The notes under the pieces were generated by a model. It was not told where the DNA came from. It did no database searches and saw only the letters and a program-made list of their open reading frames with translations. A stretch of DNA of 59,636 nucleotides from an uncultured Selenomonadaceae bacterium. GTDB taxonomy: Bacteria > Bacillota > Negativicutes > Selenomonadales > Selenomonadaceae. How positions within the stretch are numbered: position 1 is the stretch's first letter; each line of letters starts with the position of its first letter. The translations under genes and the position numbers were made by a program. The stretch spans positions 1 through 59,636 of the forward strand of contig CAJOPN010000106.1 of NCBI GenBank assembly GCA_905236285.1, written 5' to 3'. Shown in pieces: positions 45,901 to 55,858 of this stretch.

Positions 45901-47342
45901 TTCAAAAATTCCTTTTCGTAAGTAAACGCCGCTTGAATTAAAGTTGACTCGTCGAGTGCTTTTCCGATTAATTGAAATCCTATCGGCAAATTATTTTTGG
46001 TCTTGCCGCACGGAACTGAAATTCCCGGTAATCCTGCGAGGTTCAAAGGTACTGTGCAAATATCTTGAAGATACATTTTGAGCGGATCAGAAATCATTTC
46101 GCCAATTTTATATGCGGCAGTCGGAGCAGTCGGAGCAAGAATTACATCAACATCTTTAAATGCGTCCGTAAAATCTTTTTGAATGAGCGTTCTGACTTTC
46201 AATGCTTTCAAATAATATGCGTCATAATATCCGGCACTAAGCGCATAATTTCCAATCATAATTCTGCGTTTGACTTCTTCGCCGAATTTTTCACTCCGAG
46301 TATTTTTCATCATGTCAACCACATCAATGCCGTCTACTCTTGCGCCGTAACTCACTCCGTCATATCTTTCAAGATTCGTCGCAGCTTCTGCCGGTGCAAT
46401 CAAATAATAAGTCGAAATTGAAACATCGGTATGCGGAAGTGAAATTTCTTTCAATGTTGCTCCGAGTTTTTCAAAAATTTTTGCGGCATTTCTTACTGCA
46501 GTTTCAACTTCAGAATCCATTCCTTCAACAAAATATTCTTTCGGCAACCCGATTTTTAAATTTTTTACGTCGGCAATGAGTGACTTTGTAAAATCTGGAA
46601 CTTCAGCAGGTGATGAGGTCGAATCCATTTCATCATGTCCTGAAATTATATTTAACACATGAGCGCAGTCGGTTACATCTTTCGTAATCGGTCCGATTTG
46701 ATCGAGTGATGAGGCATAGGCAACGAGTCCGTAACGTGAAACTCTGCCGTAAGTCGGTTTCATTCCGACGACTCCGCAAAATGATGCCGGCTGACGAATT
46801 GATCCGCCTGTATCACTTCCGAGTGCAAAAATTGCTTCACCGCCGGCTACTGCTGCTGCACTTCCTCCGCTTGAACCGCCGGGAACTCTCTCCAAATCAT
46901 GCGGATTATGCGTCACATGAAAACCTGAATTTTCCGTTGAACCTCCCATTGCAAATTCGTCCATGTTTGATTTTCCAACGACCACAGGATTAATCGCGCT
47001 GAGTTTCGTCATAACCGTTGCATCATACGGCGGAATAAAATTTTCAAGTATTTTCGATGCACAAGTCGTTTTAATTCCTTTCGTGCAAATATTATCTTTA
47101 ATCGCGCACGGAATACCCGACAAAATTTTTATTTCTTCGCCACGTGAAATTTTTTCGTCAACAATTTTTGCCGATTTTAATGCCTCTTCTTTTGTAAGTG
47201 TGACATAAGCTCCGACTTTATTTTCTTTTTCGTCAATTTCTTTGAAAACTTCTTCCGTCAATTCGACAGATGAAATTTTTTTTGCAATTAACATCTCATG
47301 TAATTCATGTGCCGATTTTTCATTTAATTTCAAATCTATCAC
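45897..47342 (-). CDS. gatA: Glutamyl/aspartyl-tRNA amidotransferase subunit A
   Basis: Amidase signature [12 protein letters not shown] ... [16 protein letters not shown]. Confidence 0.95.
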   Translation of the reverse strand: MIDLKLNEKSAHELHEMLIAKKISSVELTEEVFKEIDEKENKVGAYVTLTKEEALKSAKIVDEKISRGEEIKILSGIPCAIKDNICTKGIKTTCASKILENFIPPYDATVMTKLSAINPVVVGKSNMDEFAMGGSTENSGFHVTHNPHDLERVPGGSSGGSAAAVAGGEAIFALGSDTGGSIRQPASFCGVVGMKPTYGRVSRYGLVAYASSLDQIGPITKDVTDCAHVLNIISGHDEMDSTSSPAEVPDFTKSLIADVKNLKIGLPKEYFVEGMDSEVETAVRNAAKIFEKLGATLKEISLPHTDVSISTYYLIAPAEAATNLERYDGVSYGARVDGIDVVDMMKNTRSEKFGEEVKRRIMIGNYALSAGYYDAYYLKALKVRTLIQKDFTDAFKDVDVILAPTAPTAAYKIGEMISDPLKMYLQDICTVPLNLAGLPGISVPCGKTKNNLPIGFQLIGKALDESTLIQAAFTYEKEFLK

Positions 47343-47812
47343 CTCTGTTTTAATTTTGATACATCAATCCAGCCTGCCGATTTTATAAATTTTTCAACTT
47401 CATTCAATTTTAATTTGACTGCGCTGTGTTCATTGCCTGCCGCAGGATAAATTACTTCAAATCTTTTCAATGATTCGTCAAGATAAATCGGTACACCTTC
47501 ATTGACTGCAAACGGACATACTCCGCCGACTGCATGACCAATATATTTTTCAACTTCATCAATCGGAATCATTTTTGTTTTGCATTTGAAATTTTCTTTG
47601 AATTTTTTATTGTCAATTTTCACGTCGCCGGCAAGCAAAATTAAAATCGGTTTATCATCGACGAGAAGAGAAATTGTTTTTGCAATGTTGCCGGATTCAC
47701 AGCCGACTGCCCTTGCTGCCTCTTCAACTGTCGCCGTCATTTCTTCAAATTCCAAAATCCTTTCAATTTCACCAATGCTTTCAAAATATTTTTTTACTTT
47801 TTCTATTGACAT
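47339..47812 (-). CDS. YbaK/EbsC (ProX-like) aminoacyl-tRNA deacylase family protein
   Basis: 157 aa. [29 protein letters not shown] ... [11 protein letters not shown] is typical of YbaK-type trans-editing domains. The start is 8 nt after the gatB stop (GAGGT SD). The stop overlaps the gatA start (ATGA). Confidence 0.75.
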   Translation of the reverse strand: MSIEKVKKYFESIGEIERILEFEEMTATVEEAARAVGCESGNIAKTISLLVDDKPILILLAGDVKIDNKKFKENFKCKTKMIPIDEVEKYIGHAVGGVCPFAVNEGVPIYLDESLKRFEVIYPAAGNEHSAVKLKLNEVEKFIKSAGWIDVSKLKQR

Positions 47813-47820
47813 TTTTTACC

Positions 47821-49260
47821 TCAATTTAATTTCTTAGAGAGCATTTCGTTGACCATTTGCGGATTTGCTTTGCCTTTCGTTGCTTTCATAATTTGACCGA
47901 CGAGTGCTCCTATTGCTTTTTTCTTTCCTGCCTTGTATTCTTCAACCGCTTTTTGATTTTTCGCGATAACCTCGTCAACTATTCCTTCAATCGCCGAAGT
48001 ATCCGTTATTTGAACGAGTCCTTTATCTTTGACGATTTTTTCGGGCGAATCTTGAGATTTCCACATTTCAACGAAAACTGTTTTTGCAATTTTTCCGCTG
48101 ATTGTTCCTTTGTCAATCAACAAAATCATCTGTGCAAGTCGTTTTGCATCGACAGGCGAATTTTCTATCGTCAAATTTTCCGCGTTAAGATTTTTTGAAA
48201 GATCTCCCATTATCCAATTCGCTGCAATTTTCGCATCTACTCCTTCCGCGATAACTGAATCAAAATATTCAGCCATTGCTCGCGAACTCGTTATAATTCC
48301 TGCGTCGTAATCAGAAAGTCCGTATTCTTTCGTCAATCTCTCGCGTCTTGCATCAGGTAATTCAGGCAATGATTTTTTGAATGATTCTATTTCTTCGGCA
48401 CTCGTTACAATCGGCGGCAAATCCGGTTCAGGCATATAGCGGTAATCGTGTGCGTCTTCTTTTGATCTCATTGACTGCGTAATTCCTTTTTCGGGATTCC
48501 ATGTCCTCGTTTCTTGAATAATTTTTCCGCCGTCGTCCAAAACATCAGCTTGTCTTTCAATTTCATAATTTATTGCGTCTTCAAGTGATTTGAATGAATT
48601 TATATTTTTCATCTCGGTACGTGTTCCGAGTTTGTCGCTGCCGATCGGTCTCAATGATACATTTATATCTGCTCTCAAATTTCCTTCTTCCATTCGGCAA
48701 TTCGACACGTCTATATATTCAAGTATTGATTTAATTTTTTCCATGTATGCACGAGCTTCAGCCGCACTTCTCATATCAGGTTCAGAGACAATTTCAATTA
48801 ACGGAACGCCTGTTCGATTGTAATCAACATTTGAAGTTGCAGAATCTTTTATCGTTGTGCCGGAGTGAACCAATTTTCCCGCGTCTTCTTCCATATGAAT
48901 TCGCGTCAATCTGATTTTTTTTCGCTTACCTTCAACATCAATTTCAACCCAGCCATGTTCGGCTATCGGCAAATCATATTGCGATGTCTGCCAATTTTTC
49001 GGAAGATCGGGATAATAATAATTTTTTCGATCAAATTTGCTGTATTGATTTATTTTGCAATTCGTCGCCAATCCTGCTTTTATTGCAAATTCAACTACTT
49101 TTCGATTGACGCTCGGCAATACTCCGGGCAACCCAAGACAAACGGGACATGTATGAGTATTTTGTTCTGCTCCGAATGTCGTTGCACAGCCGCAAAAAAT
49201 TTTTGTCGCAGTTTTCAATTCGCTGTGAATTTCCAAACCGATTACTGCCTCATATTCCAT
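47821..49260 (-). CDS. gatB: Glutamyl/aspartyl-tRNA amidotransferase subunit B
   Basis: [35 protein letters not shown], and a C-terminal YqeY-like tail. Confidence 0.95.
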   Translation of the reverse strand: MEYEAVIGLEIHSELKTATKIFCGCATTFGAEQNTHTCPVCLGLPGVLPSVNRKVVEFAIKAGLATNCKINQYSKFDRKNYYYPDLPKNWQTSQYDLPIAEHGWVEIDVEGKRKKIRLTRIHMEEDAGKLVHSGTTIKDSATSNVDYNRTGVPLIEIVSEPDMRSAAEARAYMEKIKSILEYIDVSNCRMEEGNLRADINVSLRPIGSDKLGTRTEMKNINSFKSLEDAINYEIERQADVLDDGGKIIQETRTWNPEKGITQSMRSKEDAHDYRYMPEPDLPPIVTSAEEIESFKKSLPELPDARRERLTKEYGLSDYDAGIITSSRAMAEYFDSVIAEGVDAKIAANWIMGDLSKNLNAENLTIENSPVDAKRLAQMILLIDKGTISGKIAKTVFVEMWKSQDSPEKIVKDKGLVQITDTSAIEGIVDEVIAKNQKAVEEYKAGKKKAIGALVGQIMKATKGKANPQMVNEMLSKKLN

Positions 49261-49373
49261 AATTTCACCTCAGAATTATTTTTTTTAAAATTTTATCACA
49301 TCTCAAAAAAAAATCAATAGCGTGATTCATCTCAAATTTTTCATCAATTTAAGATTTATCACGCTTTTTTTTT

Positions 49374-50600
49374 TTAATTATTTTTAATTCGATTCATTGC
49401 CTCGATTGTATTTTCTCTGTTGCCGAATGCCGTCAATCTGAAATAATTTTCGCCGCATGGTCCGAATCCTGCTCCGGGAGTTCCGACGATATTAACTTCA
49501 TTCAACAGTTTATCGAAAAATTCCCAGCTTGAAATATTTTTCGGCGTTTTCAACCAAATGTAAGGTGCATTTATTCCGCCATAAGTTTTCATTCCGATTT
49601 TTTCAAATCCTTCACGAATTATTTTTGCATTTTCCATGTAATAACCGACGAGATTTTTAATTTGTTTTTGACCTTCTTCGGAATAAATTGCTTCTGCTCC
49701 TCTCTGAACGATATAAGCAGTACCGTTGAATTTTGTTGTTTGACGACGCAGCCATAAATCTTTCAATAAAATTTTCTCGCCGAATTTATTTTTTCCGAAA
49801 AGTTCATTGGGAATCACGACGTAGCCGCAGCGTGTGCCCGTGAATCCTGCCGTTTTGCTGAACGATCTGAATTCAATCGCACATTCTTCTGCATCTTCAA
49901 TTTCATAAATTGATTGTGGAATATTTTTTTCGGTTATGTACGCCGCATATGCCGCATCATATAAAATTATTGCCTCATTTTCTTTTGCGTATTCAATCCA
50001 TTTTTTCAACGTATCTTTTGAAAGTGTCGTGCCTGTCGGATTGTTCGGACTGCACAAATATATCAGATCAACATGTTCATCAGGGATTGACGGCGAAAAA
50101 TTATTTTCTTCAGTACACGGAAGATATACAACGCCTTCAAAATGTCCGTCCGATTTCAATTCGCCTGTTCGTCCCGCCATTACATTTGTATCGAGATAAA
50201 CGGGATAAACCGGATCGGCAATCGCAATTTTGCTTTCAATCGAAAAAATTTCTTGTATATTTCCGCAGTCACATTTCGAGCCGTCACTTATAAAAATTTC
50301 TTCAGAATCAATTTTCAAGCCGCGTCTCTTATAATTATATTCGGCAATTTTTTCACGAAGAAATTTATATCCTTGTTCAGGTCCGTAACCGCGAAAAGTT
50401 TTTGCGTCCGACATTTCTTCAACTGCTTTTTTCATCGCGTCAATGCAAACTTGCGGTAATGGTTGAGTTACATCTCCTATTCCCAATCGAATTATTTTTG
50501 CATTCGGATTTTCATTTTGAAATTTTTCAACTCTACGCGCTATTTCGCTGAACAAATAATTTTTTGACAATTTTTGATAATTTTCATTGATTAATGCCAT
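49374..50600 (-). CDS. dapL: LL-diaminopimelate aminotransferase (DapL type)
   Basis: [25 protein letters not shown]-terminus, [18 protein letters not shown]-lysine region. ATG 50600 (GGAGATGA SD) is preferred over the track start 50669. Confidence 0.88.
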   Translation of the reverse strand: MALINENYQKLSKNYLFSEIARRVEKFQNENPNAKIIRLGIGDVTQPLPQVCIDAMKKAVEEMSDAKTFRGYGPEQGYKFLREKIAEYNYKRRGLKIDSEEIFISDGSKCDCGNIQEIFSIESKIAIADPVYPVYLDTNVMAGRTGELKSDGHFEGVVYLPCTEENNFSPSIPDEHVDLIYLCSPNNPTGTTLSKDTLKKWIEYAKENEAIILYDAAYAAYITEKNIPQSIYEIEDAEECAIEFRSFSKTAGFTGTRCGYVVIPNELFGKNKFGEKILLKDLWLRRQTTKFNGTAYIVQRGAEAIYSEEGQKQIKNLVGYYMENAKIIREGFEKIGMKTYGGINAPYIWLKTPKNISSWEFFDKLLNEVNIVGTPGAGFGPCGENYFRLTAFGNRENTIEAMNRIKNN

Positions 50601-50765
50601 TAAATCATCTCCAAAAATTTTTTTAAATTTTTTCAAGTATATTTCGACGCAAAAAAAATTTTTCCTCAAAAGTTTTAAAGGTATTCTGTATACTTGCAGG
50701 AATTTTTTTTTGAACGTTGAAAATTTTTTAAATAAGAAATTTTTTTTTAACGGAGTTTTTGCTTA

Positions 50766-51704
50766 ATGAAGAAAAGATTAATTTTTATATTTTTGTGTAT
50801 TGTTTTAATTTTAGGTTATGCGGTCGGAAGTTATTTTGTCGATTTTGCACTCAAACGAATTGATCCGAATGATATTGATTCAGGTCCGCCGGCTTGTGCA
50901 GATATTCACGATCCGTCAGTAATTATTCCATATAAACCCGATTTTCAAAATGAAATTTGGACGATTCAATCAGCAGACGGATTAAAATTAAATGCAACTC
51001 ATTTTTCGCCTTATCAACCAAATCATCGCTGGGCAATTTTGGTTCACGGCTACGGACGAGATCAACGTTACGCTTGGGATTACGCCGAATATTATTTAAA
51101 TGAAGGTTATGAAGTTTTAACTCCGGATTTGAGATCATCGGGAACAAGTGAAGGAATTTATTTGACAATGGGCGCAAAGGAAAGCGATGATATTTTAATT
51201 TGGATTGAAAAAATTTTGGAACATGATCCCGACGCGAAAATAATTTTGCATGGTGTATCAATGGGAGCAGCAACAGTTTTAATTGCAGCGGCGAAGTCAA
51301 ATTCTCAAAATCTCGTCGCGGTGATTGAAGACTGCGGTTATACGAGTGCATTTAACATGTTCAAATCTCAGCTCAAAGTTATTTTTAATCTGCCGAGTTT
51401 TCCGATTATGAATTTCGTTGACATAGTGAGTTATTACAAAACAGGCGTGGCAATTACGGAGGCGGCACCGATTTTATTCGTGAAAAATATAAATGTACCG
51501 ACACTTTTCATTCACGGAACTGATGATAAACTTGTGCCGTATTACATGATGCAGGAACTCTACGATAATTCACATGCTCCGATCAAGGAAATTTTTTCGG
51601 TTGAAGGTGTCGGACACGCAAGCGCAAAAAATTTTAATCCCGACGCTTATTTCAACAGAATATTTTCGTTTTTGAATCAATATAAATCGAGGGACAATCA
51701 TTGA
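50766..51704 (+). CDS. Membrane-anchored alpha/beta hydrolase
   Basis: N-terminal TM helix. WAILVHGYG, nucleophile elbow HGVSMGAA, HGTDDKLV, GVGHA. Confidence 0.8.
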   Translation: MKKRLIFIFLCIVLILGYAVGSYFVDFALKRIDPNDIDSGPPACADIHDPSVIIPYKPDFQNEIWTIQSADGLKLNATHFSPYQPNHRWAILVHGYGRDQRYAWDYAEYYLNEGYEVLTPDLRSSGTSEGIYLTMGAKESDDILIWIEKILEHDPDAKIILHGVSMGAATVLIAAAKSNSQNLVAVIEDCGYTSAFNMFKSQLKVIFNLPSFPIMNFVDIVSYYKTGVAITEAAPILFVKNINVPTLFIHGTDDKLVPYYMMQELYDNSHAPIKEIFSVEGVGHASAKNFNPDAYFNRIFSFLNQYKSRDNH

Positions 51705-52594
51705 GCAGAACATTTTCATTGATTACGGTTGCAATCAGCGGAATTTTTTGGGCCTCAAGCGGAATAGCAGTTCAAGATTTTTTTTCTTATTCAAATAAAT
51801 CTGCTCTCGATTTGACAAATATTCGATTGAATACGGCAGGTTTGATTTTGTTGCTTATTTCATGGAAAAGCGGCGGATTTAAAAAAAGTTTTTTGGTATT
51901 GAAATCAAAGAAAAAAATTTTGATTGATTTGATAATTTACGGAATAATCGGCATGGGACTTGTTCAGCTTTCATATTTTGCTGGGATTGCAATAGGCGGA
52001 GCAGTCGCAACGACCGTTATTCAATATTCATGTCCCGCATTTGTCATTCTCTGGCATTCTTTTTATTGTAAAAAATTTCCAAAACTCGGTGAATTTCTCG
52101 CGGTAATTTTTGCGTCAATCGGCGTTATACTTCTTGTAACCGGCGGCAATCTCAATCAGTTGCTTGTTCCGATCGGCTGTATAATTTGGAGTTTAATCAG
52201 CGGCGCATCGTTTGCATTCGCTTCAATATATCCTCAACATTTATTCGCGGCGAATATTGACAAATGTTTTTTGACCGGCGCAGGAATGTTGACAGGCGGA
52301 TTAATTTCATTTTTCGCAGTCGATGATTTAAATTGGTTTCCATTTTTTGAAAGCGATGTAATTTTTGATTTTGTCTGGATAATAATTTTCGGAACTGTAA
52401 TTCCATTTTTATTTTATAATATCGGCTTAAATTATTTGACGGCGGAAGAGGCATCAATCACCGCGACGACTGAACCGCTCGCCTCCGTTGTAATTTCATA
52501 TTTTATTTTTGGAACGGCATTCGGTTTTGTCGAATCTATCGGAATAATTTTAGTAATTCTTGCAATTTTGACACCTACATTTATCAAAAAATGA
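51701..52594 (+). CDS. EamA/DMT family transporter
   Basis: 297 aa, about 10 TM helices in two EamA-like halves. TTG start overlapping the upstream stop. Confidence 0.7.
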   Translation: MSRTFSLITVAISGIFWASSGIAVQDFFSYSNKSALDLTNIRLNTAGLILLLISWKSGGFKKSFLVLKSKKKILIDLIIYGIIGMGLVQLSYFAGIAIGGAVATTVIQYSCPAFVILWHSFYCKKFPKLGEFLAVIFASIGVILLVTGGNLNQLLVPIGCIIWSLISGASFAFASIYPQHLFAANIDKCFLTGAGMLTGGLISFFAVDDLNWFPFFESDVIFDFVWIIIFGTVIPFLFYNIGLNYLTAEEASITATTEPLASVVISYFIFGTAFGFVESIGIILVILAILTPTFIKK

Positions 52595-52606
52595 GGACGT
52601 GAACGA

Positions 52607-54040
52607 ATGAAAAATTTTGCACCAATCGCCGATGCAATGAAAAAATATTCTGATGACGGAGCGATTGCATTTCACACGCCGGGACATAAGCAGGGACGCG
52701 GCGCACATTCATTGCTGAAAAATTTAATTACGGCTGAAGGATTGAGGCAGGAAGTATCGTTGATGGAAGAACTCGACGATTTGCACGATCCGAAAACTTT
52801 CATTAAAGACGCTCAAAAACTTGCGGCTGATTTATTCAATGCCGACGAAGTTTTTTTTATGATTAACGGAACGACTTCTGCAGTTCAGGCAATGATTTTA
52901 TCCGTACTCAATCCGAACGATTTAATTTTTGTGCCGCGAAATGCTCATCGCTGCGTAATGAACGGATTAATTTTAAGCGGAGCACGACCGATTTATTTAA
53001 CGCCTGAATTTGATTCGGAATTTGAAATAAATTTAAATTTGAGCGTCGAAACAATTCAAAATGCAATAAAAAAATATCCGCAGTCAAAAGGATTGATAAT
53101 TGTCTCACCAAATTATTACGGAATTTCAGCCGATTTGAAAAAAATTTCCGAAATTCTTCATGAAAACGGAATGTTTTTAATGGTTGACGAGGCTCACGGC
53201 GCACACTTGCATTTCAGCGAAAAATTACCGATTTCTGCAATCGACGCGGGAGCAGATATTTCGGCGCAGAGTACGCATAAAATTTTAGGCTCGCTCACTC
53301 AAACATCAATGCTTATGATGAAATCGAAATTGATTGATGTTGAACGAGTCAAAAAATCTGTAAGTTTGTTGCAGTCGACAAGCCCGAATTATTTATTGCT
53401 GGCATCGCTTGATATTGCGCGTCTTCAAATGCAGCAACACGGCAAAGAATTGATTGAACGAGCGATAAATTTATCTCAACGACTGCGAACTGCGATTGAA
53501 GAAATTGGCGGCTTAAAAACATTTGAAAAAATTAAAAATTTTTCTCTCGACTTAACGAAAGTAACAATTAACGTCAAAAATTTCGGAATAACAGGTATTG
53601 AAACGGAAAAAATATTGCGTCACAAATATAAAATTCAATGCGAACTTTCAGACATAAATAATTTATTGTTCCTGATAACTTTTGCCGATGATGATTTTAC
53701 AATCGAAAAATTAATTTCAGCTTTAAAAAATTTTTCATCAAACAAAAAAATTAATTCATTATCAAAAAATTTTTCTGATTTAAATATTCCTCATTCAGAT
53801 TTAGTGGTGACTCCGAGACAAGCATTTTTTTCAGAAAAAATTTCGGTCGATTTAAAAGACGCAATAAATAAAATTTGTGCAGAAGAAATAACATTTTATC
53901 CGCCGGGCATTCCGATTTTGCAGTTCGGCGAAAAAATCACGAAAGAAATTGTTGAATATATCGAAACAAATAAAAAAATCGGTCGCCGAATCATTGGAGC
54001 AACCGACAATTCATTGAGCACGATAAAAATTATTCGATGA
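52607..54040 (+). CDS. Orn/Lys/Arg decarboxylase family PLP enzyme (SpeA/YaaO-like)
   Basis: FHTPGHKQG, INGTTSAVQAM, DEAHGAH, and the PLP lysine in QSTHKILGSLTQ. Confidence 0.85.
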   Translation: MKNFAPIADAMKKYSDDGAIAFHTPGHKQGRGAHSLLKNLITAEGLRQEVSLMEELDDLHDPKTFIKDAQKLAADLFNADEVFFMINGTTSAVQAMILSVLNPNDLIFVPRNAHRCVMNGLILSGARPIYLTPEFDSEFEINLNLSVETIQNAIKKYPQSKGLIIVSPNYYGISADLKKISEILHENGMFLMVDEAHGAHLHFSEKLPISAIDAGADISAQSTHKILGSLTQTSMLMMKSKLIDVERVKKSVSLLQSTSPNYLLLASLDIARLQMQQHGKELIERAINLSQRLRTAIEEIGGLKTFEKIKNFSLDLTKVTINVKNFGITGIETEKILRHKYKIQCELSDINNLLFLITFADDDFTIEKLISALKNFSSNKKINSLSKNFSDLNIPHSDLVVTPRQAFFSEKISVDLKDAINKICAEEITFYPPGIPILQFGEKITKEIVEYIETNKKIGRRIIGATDNSLSTIKIIR

Positions 54041-55283
54041 CATGAGCAGTCAAAAAAATCATCAATTCGGATTCGGATTTGCTTTTGTGATGATTTCTGA
54101 AAAGTGCTCCAAGAATCGGAAGATCACCGAGAAAAGGAATTTTTCTGACGGAATTTTCTTCGTCCTTGCCGATCAATCCTCCAATAATCATGGATTCGCC
54201 GTTTTTAATCGTGACAATCGTATCAGCCGAACGCTTATTGAAACGATACACTCCCATATCATCTACAAATTGAGGAACGCTGACTTCTGCATGAGTGATT
54301 GAAGTAATGCTTTTGTCTTCATTAATTCGCGGCGTAACTTTTAAAATGATTCCGACATCTTTATAATTAAATGAAGTCGTCTCCGTTGAATTTGTAACTG
54401 AACGAGTCGGCACGGGAATTTCACTTCCGACGTTTATTACTGCCTCGTTTCCTTGAATCGTTGTGATATTCGGTTTTGACAACATTTTTGCTTTTCCGTT
54501 CGTGATTAATGCGTTTAAAATTGCCGAATAACCAAATTCTGAACGAGAATGAGAAATTTTTCTGTATGAATTTCCGCCGGTTTCCGACAAATTCCAATCC
54601 CATGTAATTCCCAAATCTTTAACTGCCGATTTATCTATTGCCAAAATTTTTGCTTCAATCGAAACCTGTTTGAGCGGAACGTCCAAAATTTTCAATAAAG
54701 ATTTTGCGCGTTGATATTCCGTTGCAGTTCCGAATAAAATCAATGCGTTGACATCTTTATTGACTATAACACGCTTTTCATTTTCACGTTCTTTTGTATC
54801 ATTTGATTTTCGTGTGTGCCGATATTCCGTATAAGTTCCATCCAAATGATAAACCGTCTTCGTCAACGAATTATCATCATCATTATCATCTTTTTGCAAG
54901 TCAAGCGAATTTATTACAGCTTCACGAAATTTTTCGGCATCTCCGTATCTAACAGACAAAACGTAAGAATTCATCAAAGAATTTGTTGCATAAAGTGCCG
55001 TGATAATATAAATTCCGTTTTCGTTGACGATATTTAAATCTTTTGTCTTTGCAATTATTTTCAGAGCATCAATCGGTTCAACATTTTCAAGAGAAATTGA
55101 AATAGTACCTTTAACAGAATCATCAACCGAAATATTTAAATTGCCCAAATTCGCAATCATCATTATAGTGTCATGCAAATCCAATTCTTTGGCGTTTAAT
55201 GCAATCGGATACGCAAAAACATTTTCGGATAAAAAAATAATTACTGCGATCGTCAGAAAAAATTTTTTTAAAATTTTCATCAT
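54030..55283 (-). CDS. Secretin (PilQ/GspD family outer-membrane channel), short form
   Basis: Signal peptide MMKILKKFFLTIAVIIFLSENVFA. N0/STN-like domain (ISLENVEPIDALKIIAKTKDLNIV). Secretin C-domain (VSIEAKILAID, SKPNITTIQGNEAVINVGSEIPV, GESMIIGGLI...IPFLGDLPILGALFR). Confidence 0.85.
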   Translation of the reverse strand: MMKILKKFFLTIAVIIFLSENVFAYPIALNAKELDLHDTIMMIANLGNLNISVDDSVKGTISISLENVEPIDALKIIAKTKDLNIVNENGIYIITALYATNSLMNSYVLSVRYGDAEKFREAVINSLDLQKDDNDDDNSLTKTVYHLDGTYTEYRHTRKSNDTKERENEKRVIVNKDVNALILFGTATEYQRAKSLLKILDVPLKQVSIEAKILAIDKSAVKDLGITWDWNLSETGGNSYRKISHSRSEFGYSAILNALITNGKAKMLSKPNITTIQGNEAVINVGSEIPVPTRSVTNSTETTSFNYKDVGIILKVTPRINEDKSITSITHAEVSVPQFVDDMGVYRFNKRSADTIVTIKNGESMIIGGLIGKDEENSVRKIPFLGDLPILGALFRNHHKSKSESELMIFLTAHVIE

Positions 55284-55858
55284 TCACCGCCTTGCAAATA
55301 TAAATATTCGCCGTCATCAAAAATTATGAAATTTCTTCCGATGTCGATAATTTTTTTGCCGTTAATTTCATCACCGAGCTTTAACATATGACTTTCAGAT
55401 TTATTTTTGTCGTAAGATTTTTGAATGATAGCCATTTTTTTATCTCCGCTTATCGCAGTACCCTTAAGCGTCAAATTCATTTTTTCGGCTGATTCGGTAA
55501 TTTTATTTTGAATCGGAGGCGGTTCAAATGCAGGAATAATTTTTTGTAATTCGGCGGATTTTTGCGGCAGTTCAATATCAACTTTAAACGGATTGATTAA
55601 TTCAACATTCTTTGATGCTTTTTCAAGTCCCGCAATTTTTGTTAATTTTGAGTCGTTTTCTTTTTTATCGATTTCTTTTTTCATTTCAACGATTTTCGGC
55701 GGTTCATTTTTTATTTTTACTTTTACTTCATCGTTACCGTTATTCACAAAAAATAAAATCGCGGCAACAAAAATTACTGCGATTGATACGAATCGTTTTT
55801 TATTCTTTTTAATTTCATCGCGTTCTCTTTTAAAAAATTTTTGAATTCGATTTTTCAT
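55280..55858 (-). CDS. Membrane-anchored protein with a PilP/GspC-HR-like C-terminal domain (tentative)
   Basis: N-terminal TM (FVSIAVIFVAAILFFV). C-terminal LTLKGTAISGDKKMAIIQ....LKLGDEINGKKIIDIGRNFIIF resembles PilP-type secretin-interacting domains. 4-nt overlaps with both neighbours. Confidence 0.5.
   Translation of the reverse strand: MKNRIQKFFKRERDEIKKNKKRFVSIAVIFVAAILFFVNNGNDEVKVKIKNEPPKIVEMKKEIDKKENDSKLTKIAGLEKASKNVELINPFKVDIELPQKSAELQKIIPAFEPPPIQNKITESAEKMNLTLKGTAISGDKKMAIIQKSYDKNKSESHMLKLGDEINGKKIIDIGRNFIIFDDGEYLYLQGGE

Noticed and set aside
45897-45905. FMN riboswitch upstream of ribD
   Set aside because: The ribD start overlaps the gatA stop, so there is no leader region at all.
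49319-49375. 8-bp inverted repeat AGCGTGAT...ATCACGCT with a flanking T11 run, between dapL and gatB
   Set aside because: The loop is about 31 nt. On the minus strand, where both flanking genes lie, the T-run is displaced by 5 nt. It may be a weak dapL terminator but is too uncertain to list as a feature.
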